A stretch of 64,000 bases of DNA from Bugula neritina. Taxonomy: Eukaryota; Animalia; Bryozoa. Made by a program: the position numbers and the translations under genes. The notes under the pieces were generated by a model. It was not told the DNA's origin. It worked only from the letters and a program-made list of their open reading frames with translations, and ran no database searches. Of the stretch, positions 26,854-52,000 are shown piece after piece. Every line of letters starts with the position of its first letter. Within the stretch, counting starts at the first letter, position 1. The DNA is taken from positions 13,935,801 through 13,999,800 of the forward strand of contig OZ037767.1 in assembly GCA_964035545.1 (NCBI GenBank). Direction: 5' to 3'.

Positions 26854-27761
26854 TGTCCAACATCTGACTTCATTTTCTATAAATATTTTTATGTGCATAA
26901 CTGATTAGGTTTAAAGCTTGTATTTAAACTTTAAAATAAACAAAGTCCGATAAAGATGGCAGTTATATTTTCACTGCTGTAGTATTTATTATTAATATAA
27001 AATTACTTTTTATTTTACCCAAGTATGCCAAATGTTTTATTTATAAAGTCATATTTAAGTCATGTTAACAAAGCAAGATAACCTAAACTCAATTTTATAT
27101 TTGTAAGATATTTTAAATAAACATGTTAGTCTTGTACGACTGAATATTTCTTACTACTTTTAGAAAACTGCAATCTTAAATGAGTTCACAGGAAAGCAGT
27201 TTACTTTATTCTGTGTAGTTGGTATTGTCCACTTTCAGCATTCGGTTTATTGCACATCTGTAAAAACTCCCATGACTTTATCTGCCCCAAGATAACAGCC
27301 TACTGTATAATCTCTCCTAATTGCATTCTTATTGTAAAACAGAACTTGCTATTACCAGCTCTAAAGGTAAAATTCCTTAAAACAAAACTTCTCGAAACTT
27401 TTTAAATCAATTATATTAAAAATATCTTTAAAATTGATTGTGTTGCGTTTTGACTGCAAGAAATTACTGCTGTTTTCAGTTTTTCCAGAGTTATATTTCA
27501 TAAACTCTAGTCTCAGCACCTAAATGCTGCCAGAACATCATTTTCTTTGAAATTGTGAGCAGCTGCTGACTACAGTTCTATGCTAGCAGCACCTCATATT
27601 CTTATACGTCATGTGTAATAAACACAGCAGCGGTAAAACTTACAGATTGACAGTATTTTATTTAGTATATAAGTTAGCATTGTACAGCATACCAAACCTG
27701 CCTTTCTGAATAATAGCAAATCTGAACTGTTGGATTCAAATATTCACTACATACTCTAGAG

Positions 27762-27982
27762 CAGAGGTGAGCAACTTCTTTTACATGAGAGCCAAATTTA
27801 GAAGTCACCCATAACCAAGGGCCACATAATTGTACACATACACATTAAATTTAATTATAATAAAGTAATTTGCCACCAAAGCTACGCTGTGCTAACCAGA
27901 ATGCATATAGCAGTTTTGGTTATCTTAAGCATTAAAAAGACCACTGAAAAATGGGCAAAAGGGCCACAAGTGCCCACCCCTG
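27762..27982. mobile_element. Non-autonomous hAT (Charlie-like) MITE
   Basis: TIRs CAGAGGTGAGCAAC / GTGCCCACCCCTG; 8-bp TSD CTCTAGAG / CTCTAAAG. Confidence 0.8.
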
Positions 27983-28183
27983 CTCTAAAGTCTATAAGAC
28001 AGTGGTTATATGGGTCTATGAATTGGCAGTATAATTGGATTAATAAAGTTAACAACTTTTTACATTTGTGGAAAATTTCATTTTTAGCAAATTAATGGAT
28101 GCATCCAGTTGGGAATATACAGTAAGTACACATTGACTCGTGTAGTAAAACTACATTTTCAAACTTACACACACTCGTTTAAA

Positions 28184-30679
28184 ATGTCACGACGTAAAGT
28201 TTTAGCTGTAGTGCTGATCACACTTGCCTCCATTCTTGTGGCAGCGGATGACCAGCAGGAAGCTGCCGGAGAAAACACAGAGCATCACCATGACGACCAC
28301 GATCACTTAGATTTAGGGTTTCTGGACTTCTTCAGTGATGAAAACACAGAGGATGATAGGTGTGTGTATTTCAGTAAACTGTAGTATTAAGTACAGTAAA
28401 AGTGTAAAAGACTAGAGTGGCTAGTAAAAGTTTAATGTGCACATTGATCTAGAAAAATATTAGTTTCTGCATTTGAAACACCTAATCTTAGAAGTTATCC
28501 ACACTTAAATAAAATTTATAAATAATTATTAAATATTAAATGTCCCCATTTTTCAAAGGGTATATTATTATATCCTAGTTCTTAGTCACAGTTTTGATTA
28601 TATAATTTGTGTTTTGTAATTCCTTGATTACAGTTAAAACTTTTATGTGATTATTACGTGTTATTCTACTGTATTTAATATATACCAGTCATGCGCGCAG
28701 GTGATATATAATCTACATAATATTATAATGTTCTATAGTTATATGTATATAGTTGATATACGGTTACACAAGTGCAGAAATATTATTGTAGTCACTTGGA
28801 ACAGCATTTGAGAGAGGACATGGGGATAGAGAAGAGTTTGGCTAACATGACTGAATCGGAGAAAGATTGGTATTACTTTAAGTGAGTAATATACCTGCAG
28901 ATAGTGTAGGTAATATACCGCCAGATAGAGTAGGTAATATACTTGCAGATAGTGTAGGTAATATACCTGTAGATAGTGTAGGTAATATACTTGCAGATAT
29001 AATAGTGTAGGTAATATACCTGCAGATAGAAAAAGTCATTACCTGTAATTATAGAGTGTTGCAGTTATTCTTATACACTGTATATTTACTTCTTATTATT
29101 TTACATGACTGCAGTTAGGCAGTGTGTGACACCTCTTGCAGGTAAGTGTCTGTAATATGACACACTCCTTGCAGGTAGGTGGTGCATAGTGCGACACTCC
29201 TTGCGAGGAAAGTGGCAAGAATGTGTTACTCATTTATTACAGCTGTATAATGTGGTATGCAGGCATATTTTAATAAATACGGTTAATATCATTGGAATCC
29301 CAAATAATATATATTACTTTAGATTAATGAAATGCAAAGCTCAATGTAGAAATGTGCTTAAATAATACTTAGCCTCACATCTAGAATATTCTATCAACAA
29401 ACTCTGGTCTACCAGAAAGTTCTGTGGCCCTACAGTATAGTCATTGTAAACACTTGAAGTGTTTGTAGATTACACGACACCAACGGGGATTTCATGCTGG
29501 ATGGTTTAGAGCTGTTCAAAGCCTGGCAGCACCACTATCTCGAGCATATGGGACAGGATGGTCTGTCCCACACAGATAACTCTACCGAAGAGATGAAAAA
29601 GTATATTGAGCAACAGAATGAATCTTTTGTTAGTAAGTATCACCGTGATAACGAACCAACATGGCTGTTGATGAATAGAATTATATATAGTAACTTTGAA
29701 ATTTCTAACTGGACAAATAAACTCCATAATTTAAAAATGCCCAAAATTTGTTTCAGGGGTTATAAATTGGAATATTTGCCTATCTAAGAGAAAAAATGTT
29801 TTGTTAGCTGGTTTCTCATTTGCTTAACTCATGCAGTTGGTGAACAAGTGATAACCTTTGTTGTAATTTTTTTCTGGAATTCAAACTTCTTTTAAAAAAC
29901 AGCTTTGTTGCATTTGGCTATATTGTGGAATGGGCATAGTTTCTTCCTCTTTATAAGTGCTCTGAAACATATGAACTCATTGCTGCCGCAAAGAGTCACA
30001 CTACCGCTGCTGACAGAGATTTGGCTTACCACAATATATATCACGTATTCCTAGTTATTTGTTGAACTCAAACTTGTAATTGGCACGTAGATAACACACC
30101 AGATATTTATTTGAAATGTTACAGCTTGCACATTCATAATTTTGAAGTGAAGGAATGTTATGACATAGCTATAAGGTATTAGTTAACAATAAGCTGAGGC
30201 GTGGAATTTACCCAGTTGTCTCCGCTAATGGTTAGCGCCCCTGCTTACAAGCCGGAGGTCTCGGGTTCGAATCCCGATAGAGGCAAAATTATTTTTTTAT
30301 ATTAGCATGCTTCATCATAAAATATTTACTAACTTTTGATTATCGTACTTTATACATACATTATTTAGCAATTAATACAGGTTCTGTATGCATGCAATCA
30401 GTTAGATATTGAGCTAGAAGCTTTACTGTAAGAACCTTCGAACAATATACTTACTAATTGTATTCATATTATATGGTGATAACTTGTGCTATATTGGTTA
30501 ACTGTGCCAGAGAAATAGGATTATTTCATGTTGTAGCAATGGTAGATGCGATATTAGAATCCCAAGACACAGATAATAATGGTTATATAGACTATGTGGA
30601 GTATATGTTTGCTAAGATCTACGCTAAGGAAGAGGAAGAAAGAGCTAAGTTGGCTGAAGAAAAGAAAAAGAAACAATAA
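28184..30679 (+). CDS. MCFD2: MCFD2-like secreted two-EF-hand protein, 190 aa; exons 28184-28359, 28792-28881, 29469-29632, 30537-30679
   Basis: Signal peptide; HLEQHL; MTESEKDWYYFKLHDTNGDFMLDGLEL (EF1); VDAILESQDTDNNGYIDYVEY (EF2); 573 nt in frame. It may be a paralog rather than the strict ortholog. Confidence 0.85.
28882..29030 (+). repeat. About 24-bp minisatellite (GTAGGTAATATACCTGCAGATAGT)
   Basis: About 6 tandem units starting at the splice donor. Confidence 0.9.
30213..30298 (+). mobile_element. tRNA-like repeat, family A (copy 2)
   Basis: CAGTTGTCTCCGCTAATGGTTAGCGC...GGTTCGAATCCCGATAGAGGCAAAATTATTTTT; good B box, shortened A-box region. Confidence 0.7.
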
Positions 30680-31084
30680 TAAATCTAAATAACTGAAATA
30701 ATAGTTGCAAGGTTGTAGTTCAAATATGATTCTGATATTATTTTCTTAGGAAATTGAATAAGTTACTGTATTATATGCTTTAGATAGTAAAATTTGTTTT
30801 AAAGAAACTTTATGGGGTTAGCAATATTTTATATATTGTCGAAATGATTTAATTTCTTTTTATTATAATAAGCAATAGTTGTGACACTGAATGCAAATAA
30901 ATTTGAAGAAAACTCTAAAAGCAGAATTGAAGTTTTGAAATGTTGTTGTAAATATAAAATGTATAAAGATGTGAAAAATTCAAATTACACTCTAATGGTG
31001 CAAACTGAAATTAAGGCTCAGATGTGTAAATTGCAGTTGGTTTGTCCCATCTTTCTTTCTTAGCCTAGGAATCAACTGTTTAGC

Positions 31085-42268
<11,184 letters not shown>

Positions 42269-44374
42269 TCTTGTTGATCACTCAAGCTTAAACAAAGTTT
42301 AATAAAAATGCTACAGTGTATTGCTTTCTTCTACTTCTACTAAGTGATGTTGCAACTGATGGCACATAAAGTTAATTAAAGTTATAAACTGTATTATGAA
42401 GAGTGTTTGTCTTGAATGTTTTGCAGACAAAACTAAAAAACAACATGAACATAATATGTTTTTGATGCACTCATACTGATACTCTCACTATAACTGTATT
42501 GGTGTTACTATTAGTATTAAAATGACTTATAGTTATAAGTATTAGTATGAGTATACAACTATAAGACTTTTAGCTCATTGATATAGATGGGCAATATAGA
42601 TACAATTATTTTGCAATTCTGTTGTAATAGTCTATAGTAATACTAATAGATTTACAGTTTAAAAATAGTTGGCAACAATGAGCATAAATAACAGCATAAG
42701 ATGAAGAATTAACCAGCCAAATGTAAAACTATCACTATGACTAAAGTTTAGATTTTGCCCCAAAAGACAAGGCATCTAGAACTAACAAAAATAGAAAATA
42801 GAGACCATAATATGTTATAAACTTACCTATTAACTGGCTGATAACGGCAGCTAAAATCAACAGCTTCATGACTGAGTTACTTGACTGCTGCCTAATAATT
42901 GATAACTGTGTGGAGCCAGTCTGTAACTGGTACAGGGAGGCGTGTCTATTCTAATTGAATTCAGTTGAGCAGTGAAACTGAATACTTGAGTTCAAAGGTC
43001 ATAGGGTTCAATTGTAAATTAATTGATGGTTGCCATAGTGATGAGATTGCATTGCAAAACCACTTTGCTATTTGATTATCCAATAAAGATTAGGTATTTC
43101 GAAATTATGAGAACTGGAAGAACCTATAAATTATAATTGTCAGTTGCATTTAGAATTTGACGCATTATGAGCACATAATTTTAAGCATGATTTATGCCAC
43201 AAGTATAAACTATTTTCTGGATGAGCTTCTTGGGTCAAATATCAACAAGGTAAACACTAGCTTCTCGGAATCTTTCTCCATACATAAAATGATGACATAA
43301 ATTTTAAACTGCATTTGATACAATCTTTTTAAAATAAATTATAAAGTTAGACCTCAGAATTTAATAAAAAAACAGCTTAGAACATTTTACTTCAATTATT
43401 ATAGTTACTTAAAATTAGGCTCCTTCAATGTCATTTAATACAACATCATTGTTTGAGTTTTTGAGACTTGATATTTTAAAAAACTTGTTTGTAGGGTGTT
43501 GATCCAATTTGAAGAAATTTAGTTAGAGTTGCAAGCATTTTATGCAAGACCATACTGGCAATGTGACCTAGAGGCTTTAAGGTAGTGCAGAGACAAGTTG
43601 ACTGAATGTCCGAGCTAGCAGCACTAATGATGACCTTGTGGAATTTAAACCACCACCTGAGGCATATTGGCCTTACAGACTCATTTAAAATGTTGGCCCA
43701 GACTATTGCTACTAATAAAAGATCTATTAGATATGCATTTTAAACAAAATAGCTTTTAAAAAAGTTATTAAACCAATTTATATCAAAACAATAATTCATT
43801 AATGTGAGATGCGCATGTACAGCTTATGAGCATTATGATTAGTAGGACATAACCAAAAGATGGTGGGGGGGGGGTCATTACAGGCTACTATATTATACTA
43901 CTAAGCATCATGGGTCCTATAAAAGAACCTGGAGCAAAACCCATTTAATGACTTTTATAACTATATAAATATTCATTTTAAAATACATGGGGGTTGCTGC
44001 TTTACATTAAAAGATTGTTGATGTCAACAAAAGCAAAAAGTTAATCATAATTATGATTACTTCCACATGTATATGATCAGCTGATAAAGCTATTTAGTAA
44101 TGCAGTGTGTTATGTTTACAGCTGTTTTTGCATTTCATGCAGTTATCTAAGAATTATCCTCCCATACTTTCTCTAACAATTATTGATACTTAGAAGTTGT
44201 CTTCTCAATAGATTATTAAATGGTTTAACAGCAACCAAGTTTCACCCTTCTTTGTAAGACACAAATTCATGAGCTTTTTATGAAATATTATTCACTTTAA
44301 CTGAAAAATATTTTTGTGAATTTTTTAAATTGTAAAGGTAATTTAGACAATAAAAATGTGACACCGCATGTGAA

Positions 44375-44460
44375 AAATAATTTTGCCCACACTGGGAATC
44401 GCACCCAGGACTTCCGACTTGCAAGCAAGTGTGCTAACCATTACACCACGGGGACTACTG
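44375..44460 (-). mobile_element. tRNA-like repeat, family A (copy 3)
   Basis: Reverse complement CAGTAGTCCCCGTGGTGTAATGGTTAGCAC...CTTGCAAG...GGTGCGATTCCCAG...GGCAAAATTATTTT. Confidence 0.7.
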
Positions 44461-44577
44461 GGTAAACTTATCGCTACAACATGCATCCTGCTATTATATA
44501 GTTCCTTTAGTGAGAAGAGTTGTATTTACAATATAAGAATAACTTGTACTATTAATAACTTACATACAACAACAAGA

Positions 44578-44715
44578 TGTGACAAAAAATCACCACATGG
44601 CGTGACACCACATGTCGTGACAACCGCATAGCGTGACACCACATGACGTGACACCACATGGTGTGACACCACATGACGTGACACCACATGTCGTGACAAC
44701 CGCATGGTGTGACTA
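44578..44715 (+). repeat. 15-bp minisatellite (GTGACACCACATGNC)
   Basis: About 9 tandem units just 3' of the SRP9 stop codon; one isolated unit at about 44357. Confidence 0.9.
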
Positions 44716-44750
44716 AACATCAATATATAAAATACAATAAAACAAAAAGT

Positions 44751-46876
44751 CTATTTTGTTGTCATCACTCTCATCAGGTGTCCAGAGAACTTCTCCATTT
44801 TCTTAAGATCTGATGACAGATCACTTTTATATTGAATGCACTGAAAATACAATTTATGGGCCTTAGAAACCAAAATTTATAAAAACAATATTGCATAGAC
44901 AAAACATGCTAGCAAAGTCAATCCCAAAATTGTGGTTTTATAGCGTTGACTTACATTTCAAGAATGGCAGAGATGTTTTTTATAAATAAATAATCGCTGA
45001 AGCACTTCATTAATGCAGTATTAAATTATTCACATATATTTTGGCTATCAGTTAAATACAACTTCAGGGTAGTATGTCCAAGCATATTGGTTTTATATTA
45101 ACTCTGTGTATACATGGTCTTGAATTAATTCAAATTGATAGCTCATTTGCTGGTGGTATTACAGTTAGGCTCAGTGTTCACAGCACTACAGAGCTGATTC
45201 AGACTATTAAAATTTAGCTTGAGCTACAATTAAACAACTAAAGATTTTAGACTTGAGTGAAAACCAAACAACATAATAAAATGGAAGCATAACAAAAGTT
45301 AATTTCAACTTAAAATACCACTATTTGATAAATTTTACTAGAAAAAATAATTATTCGAGAGATAACCTTTTACTGTAAGCTAGTGAGACGGCACACTAAA
45401 AGAGAAATACCGTTGACTCACCACAACGTCATTAGTCATTTTGACAACAAACTTCCCTTCAGCGTGAATGTACTTCATGACAAACCGACACTAAAATGAA
45501 GGAGAGACTATAAAGTTAGAAGCCAAAAAACTCACAAATTATAGAAATATAAAAGTAAACATAGTCTTACTATGAGAAAGTATGCAGCATATATTATTGC
45601 TAAAACTAAAGCTTCTGATAACTTTGTTTGGCAGATTATCATTTGAAGAGTTGAAATTTCAGCTCAAATTTCAAAGTCGAGTAAATTTGAACCAGAAGGC
45701 AAGTGGTGAGACAAATCTAAAAACGTGTATTATTGAACAAAATCACAAGCAAAGAAAATCAGCTGAAACAAATTTAAAAGCATCTATTATATAACTATTT
45801 TGATATTAATTTAGAAAACAAATACTCATTGAAATCGATTAAAAAACAAATCTTGGCAGATTATTCAAACCTCATCTCTCTCACACCATATCTACATATC
45901 TACGTCATAATAAAGAAATGAACTGTAGGCGTCAATTACTTTATTTTTATCTACTTTTCATTATGTGCTTCACTTTTATATAGTGACATCTCCTTAAATA
46001 GACCATGGTATTAGACTGAATCAGTTAAAAATATTTAAATACTTAATGCATTCTTTCAAGTTTAGTTATTTTTCGTGATAAATTAATAATAACCAAGTTT
46101 AAAACTTAATTAATGCTGCTCTTGTATATTTTCAGTTTCACATTGATATTTTCTTTGGACTATTCTAAATTAGCATGAGTAGTAGTCAATTGTTACAACA
46201 CACAATATTACCAATTGTTAGTCCATTTTACTGTTAATTGATTTAAAAAAATTTAACATGGGTACAAGATCAGAATCATAATATTCATATTGATAATCAT
46301 TATGTAATAACTGCAAATACTAAAATTCCATATCATGCTATACTAAGTCTAATAGTAAGAGCATGATTACCACTTATAGTTAGTGCTATAGAAATTATTT
46401 TTTTCAAAACCAAATTAAAATTTGGTTATTTCTTATTCACTAAAACTTTACACCAAAAATTCAATTTTTCAACAAGCTTACGGCATCCAAAAATCAAAAC
46501 GCCCAGGCTACAACTAAAAATAAAATTAAATCACTAATAACTAAAAAAGTAAAACTAGTTCAACGTAAAAGTAAACTCAGTAATACAAAATAAAAATGGT
46601 ATAATTCAAATCAAAAAATGTAAATAACTATTATAAATATTAACAGTATGGGTATCACCATCAGTATGAGTATCACTAATATTGATACCAATATTATAAT
46701 GGTAGTCATTTCAGAGGTTAAAGTTAATTATAATTGCTTTCACCAGCCATAAATGATTAATTAATAATTGAACAATTAATTATTGCCAATTCTCAACTGC
46801 CTACCTTTTGGGGATCAGATTTATATAGCATATCAGCATTTTTTTCAAATTCGTCCCAATTCTTTGTAGAAGTCAT
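44751..46876 (-). CDS. SRP9: Signal recognition particle 9 kDa protein, 76 aa; exons 46876-46805, 45490-45422, 44840-44751
   Basis: MTSTKNWDEFEKNADMLYKSDPQK|CRFVMKYIHAEGKFVVKMTNDVV|CIQYKSDLSSDLKKMEKFSGHLMRVM matches SRP9 throughout; missed by the ORF track because the exons are short. Confidence 0.95.
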
Positions 46877-47650
46877 GTCAGTGTCACATGTGCCTGTGGC
46901 TACAAGTATAAGTATAATTATTACTAAGTCAAAACTCCAACTTTTAGTTTGTTATTTGTTATTGTGTTCGACTATCACTAAGCATAAACTTCTTACTGAA
47001 CACTGAACAGTGAACAGTATCAGTATCACTATCAGTATCAGTATCAGTAAGAGCATGAATAAAAAAATAATCGTTCGTGTGAAAGAAGACACAGATTAAA
47101 AACTTTTAGTGACTTACAACTACAAAGACACCAGAACTATGTCTGACAAGCAAATGTACCTATTAGTATTACTCAATTAGTATTACTATTAATATTACTA
47201 TAATTATTACTTAATTAGTACTATAAATTATTAGTAGAATTATTATTTTCAACATCTGTAACGAGCAACGTATACGTCCTTGACATAGAACTATTTCAAA
47301 TTCTATTTCAAGTTTGATCATACTAACGGGTTCAACATTGAATCACGCAGTAAAAACGTGAAGTTACAACGTTTATGAACGTTGTAATACCATAAATTAC
47401 ACAGATGAAGACCTCAATGTAGCCGCGGTCCTAGATGCCAGAGTGAACGCATTACTATAATAATATATTCTGACTATTGGCATCGCAATATAAAAGTACT
47501 GCTAGCTTACAAAAGCTGCATGCGAATTCAAATTGATTTTGTGTTTATATGCAAATGCCCAAGTCGTAGAAGAAAGTTGCATGCTGTTTCCCTGCGATGA
47601 TTTTTTTTATTGAAGTGAAAGGTAGATTTAAAACATAGCCTACTGGCAGT
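46877..47650. promoter_or_regulatory. Probable bidirectional promoter region between SRP9 and KLHDC3
   Basis: Divergent genes with ATGs about 2.2 kb apart; CpG-enriched patch at 47260-47600; acceptor TTTCAG just upstream of the KLHDC3 ATG implies an upstream non-coding exon. Confidence 0.4.
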
Positions 47651-49032
47651 AAATTTTAAGAGGTCAAAGTGAAAGTCAAACTCTAAGTTCTTACAGTTAC
47701 TGTTAGAGTTACTCTTACTCTTACTCTTAGACTCAACTTAGAGTTAGTCTTTCAGCTGACTGTGAGTTTCAGTTTGAGTTTGCTCTCACGTTTTAGTTTA
47801 ACTTTAAATTTTAACTAAAATTAAAAAGTAAAGTCTTACTAATATTAATTTAATATAGATTATAAATATTAGATATAGTTGTTGAAATAGAGAAAGAATG
47901 AGTGTGATTTCTTCATCCTCTTTCACTTTGTCCATCATTTTCTCAACAGTGAGCACTATATTATTATGAATATGGATATGTTATTCTCTTTTAGTATTCA
48001 CAATATGAATATTAAATTTAGTATAAATATATTTCAATCAGTGATAATAATGGTAAAAATTTAGATTTAAAAATATTTTTTATAATCATAATGTGTCATT
48101 TATTACTACTAGTGATATATTTATGATTTTATCTAATGCTTACTATAATTGCAGTTTTAACATATTTCTTGTCCTTTGGCTTTGGTTTTGCTTAAAATAT
48201 TCTGCTAAAGATTTTAGCTCATCTTAAAAATGTATTTTGAGATTGTCCATTTGATTTTTTGGTGAAAGCATTTTTGTACTCCCTCCACCCAGTAGGCTTA
48301 TTTACATTTTTAGTAGCCTTATACATATTCAGTTTCCCCATTTCGATTCACTAATCTACTCTTATTGCCTTCACTGATTCTTCAAATGATTTATGCATTT
48401 ATCTATTTACTGATTCATGCCTCTGTGCATTTTTCTTGCTTGGATTTCTGCCATACTATTGTTCTTAAATGGAGCCATTCACTCTTACCATTACCTTTAG
48501 GAAATTCTTTATTAAAAATTGTATATTTGCATAAAGTGCCAAAATGTTTTCCATGAAATATTTCAATCACTATTCATAGACATTCATTTCTCTTTAGTTA
48601 TTACTTGTAAGTATAGGTATATAGCATTGCAGTTGTATTATTATATTTAGGTATTATTTATTGCCATAGGTAGTATTATCGCTGAATTATTTTCTTGATA
48701 TATTGCTTATTAGGGTAGTTCTGCTTGGGGCAAAAGTTTGAAACACGTAAAAAACATTTAATTAATGAGTTTTAGTTTTGATTTTGAAATCCTTTCTATT
48801 AGAAATGTGATTAAGCGAAGTACCTCTACATATTGATATTAAGTCTAAATTTATATACACTGTGTCTTCACATTAGTGTCACTCTATTATTTGTTCAGCA
48901 TTTGAATAAATGACAGGCTTGATGATAGTAGGTATGTTTGTGGCTGTTTGGTCTAAAAGTTAATTTACTTTAATCTTGATTTGAAAGTAAATTTATTTGT
49001 GTTTCAGTATAAATTGCTTCTCTCCTTATGTG

Positions 49033-52000
49033 ATGGCAAGTTGGACAGCACACATAGAGGGAGGGCCCAAAAGAGTTAACCATGCAGCTGTGTGTATTGA
49101 CGGGTACATCTATAGCTTTGGAGGTTATTGCACAGGCGATGATTTTGGTGTGCGACAAGATATTGACATTCATGTATATAATACAGGTTTGTTGTTTCAT
49201 CAGGGATGGCTGGCTTCAACAGAAAAACCATGTTTTTATAACTGTGCTCCCATTGCTAATTTCAGTACACCTTTTTGAAAGTATTACTTTGTATTGGTTA
49301 GTCATTTTTTTTTAAAAAATCAACTAGTGGTTTTATATAGTGCTCAATTATTACATCATTCTATCCTGGCTAGCATATTGTGAAACCAACCCTAATATAC
49401 TTATAACATCCTTTTTAATTTATTTAGCTTCATATAAATGGGATAAAATAGAATATTCTGGCAATAAAGATGAAATTCCATACCAAAGATATGGGCATAC
49501 TGCAGTTGGGTTTGGACAATATTGCATAATATATGGCGGGAGAAATGATATAAATGGAGTCTCTGAGCATGTGTACACTTTTGACGTCGGTAAGCATAGT
49601 GAACTTACTATATGCATTTTGCAGCTTTGCCATTTTCAATAAACTGTCATTGACATTTGTATGTATGTATTTGTATGTGTCTGTATTTGTGTTCTGTGTC
49701 TGTATTTGTGAGTGTGTGCCTGTCTGTCTGTGTGTACTCTTAGACCACATGGAGCTAATAGATTGTAAACTGCTTTCTTCTATATATTTTATCTGATAGG
49801 GAGTTCACAAAACACCATTTGCTTGTCTAAACAAACAGTTTGACTGTTCATCAGAAAATAGTAACTCAGTCAATTATAGTAACCAGCGATATTGTTCATA
49901 ATTTGTAGCCTGCTAAGAAATTTAAAATCAGTTTCAAGGAATACTATTTCACAGAATTTATTTAGGCTACTAGTTTTTCTTGGCTAGCAAAAATATGAGC
50001 TATTCAAAATTAATTTCAACCTTTATGTTACTATGCTTTCTAATTTGCGAGCCATTTTTTAAATTTGCTAATTATGACCCATGCCCTCATGAGTCATACT
50101 GTTACGATTCATACCCAATGACTCATATTCATTTTTATGACTCACATGTTGCAGTAGCCTGTCTTTGCTGTTTCAGTGTCCAGGCGTTGGCACAGGCCCA
50201 AAGTCACTGGCACCTTGCCGTTGGCTAGAGACGGTCACAGTTGTTGTGTTGTTGGCAACTGCATGTATCTGTTTGGTGGCTTTGAGGAGGAATCTATGGA
50301 GTTCTCTAATACTGTGTACTCTCTTAATCTCACTACTTTCAGATGGTCTTTCTGCCTAGCTTCAGTAAGTAGTGGCTAACTTGTTGGATCAACATGTCTT
50401 TCGAAGATTTCTTATAATGTTTTGATTTTTAAATAAATTCTCGAAGCTAGCATTTTACTGTGTGTCGCAGTAAGACTAATGACTTATTTGCTTATGCACC
50501 ATAGTTTCTCTTTTATGATAACTGCATACAAAATAGCAGCTATTTCCAAATGTAATATTGATCATAAAGGGGGAGGAGCCTATTTGGAGAGACTTCCACT
50601 CAGCTACAGCGTGGAGAGACTATATGATAGTCTTTGGGGGCAGAAGTGATGAGGCGGGGCCTATTCACTCGGCCCAGGAACTTTACGATGACACTATTTA
50701 CATGTTTGACACTCGAAATAGTCGGTGGTCTGTGCCGAAAGTAACCGGGCCACTTCCTGTTGGTAGGCGGAGTCACTGTGCATGTAAGTATTGTATTGGT
50801 CAATATTGGTGGGCGAAGCTAGTGGCTGTTGGAGGTGGAGCTACTGAAAAAATTTGGTTTTAGTTAATTTAGACCCTGTTTATAAGTATTCTGGAATATG
50901 ATTATGTCATGAGAGGCAAGACACAGTGGTTAATCTGTATGTTGCTGCAGCGAAGAATAGCATGCAATAAAAGTTAGCAATAATTACTATTAGTTTTACG
51001 TAACCATGGACTTGAAAGCCAATTTGAAAACGACATCAGCAAGCGATCAGAAATCCCAAATCAGCTCAAGAAATGTTGGCACAAAATTTATTATAGTACA
51101 AAATTGTTTATACATAAAACCCTCAGTTTGTAGGACTATTATGATAGCTGAGAGATATTAGAATATTTTAATACTGTGTAAATGATGTGTGTCAGGGATT
51201 CGTTAATCAAATTATTTCCTACTTGGCTTCAAGGTGTATTGTTTGTTGTTTGTTTGACATTTTAGTTGAGCACAAGGACAAATTGTATATATTTGGTGGA
51301 TTTAACAGCAATCTTAGAACCCACTACAATGATATCTTCATGTATAATATCAGTAAGCATTTCGTATAATATTAGTAACTCTTCCGTATAATATTAGTGA
51401 CAGTTCTGTATAATAAAGTGACTATTCCGTATAATATTAGTAACTATTCTGTATGATAATGTAAATTATTATTATCATTATTCAAGTTGGTTTACGTCTT
51501 CATAGAGAAAAAGAGATGGTCGCCATTTAAAGTGGGTGGGAGGTTACCACGCATACGTAGGAGATCTTGCTGTTGCAAAGACGGTAACAGCATCTTTATA
51601 TTCGGAGGCACCAGGTTTGTCCAGACATACTTCCTGTGAACATATACCATAGCTTGTGCTCTTTTGTATTGAAGGCAATTTTGCTGGTAAAAATGTAAAA
51701 CAGATTTAGTGGATCTCCAGCTTGATATGCTGAGTGACAGAACACCTGTAAAGTGGTTGTAGTTACATAATGCTCTGTATCGGAGAGCTATTTTGGTTGA
51801 CAACTTCCCAAGGTTAACCAAAGGTCAAATAGAATATAAGAAGTTGTAGTGTTATCATAAACTTGCCAGGCAGAAATCAGTTGAATGACGTTTTTGTTTC
51901 TACAAGGTGTCATTAAGTTTCACATAATGTATTTTTCATGTCTAAAAATCTAACCTCTGTATTATGCTGGTCATGTGATTTGCTATCTATAATATGATTT

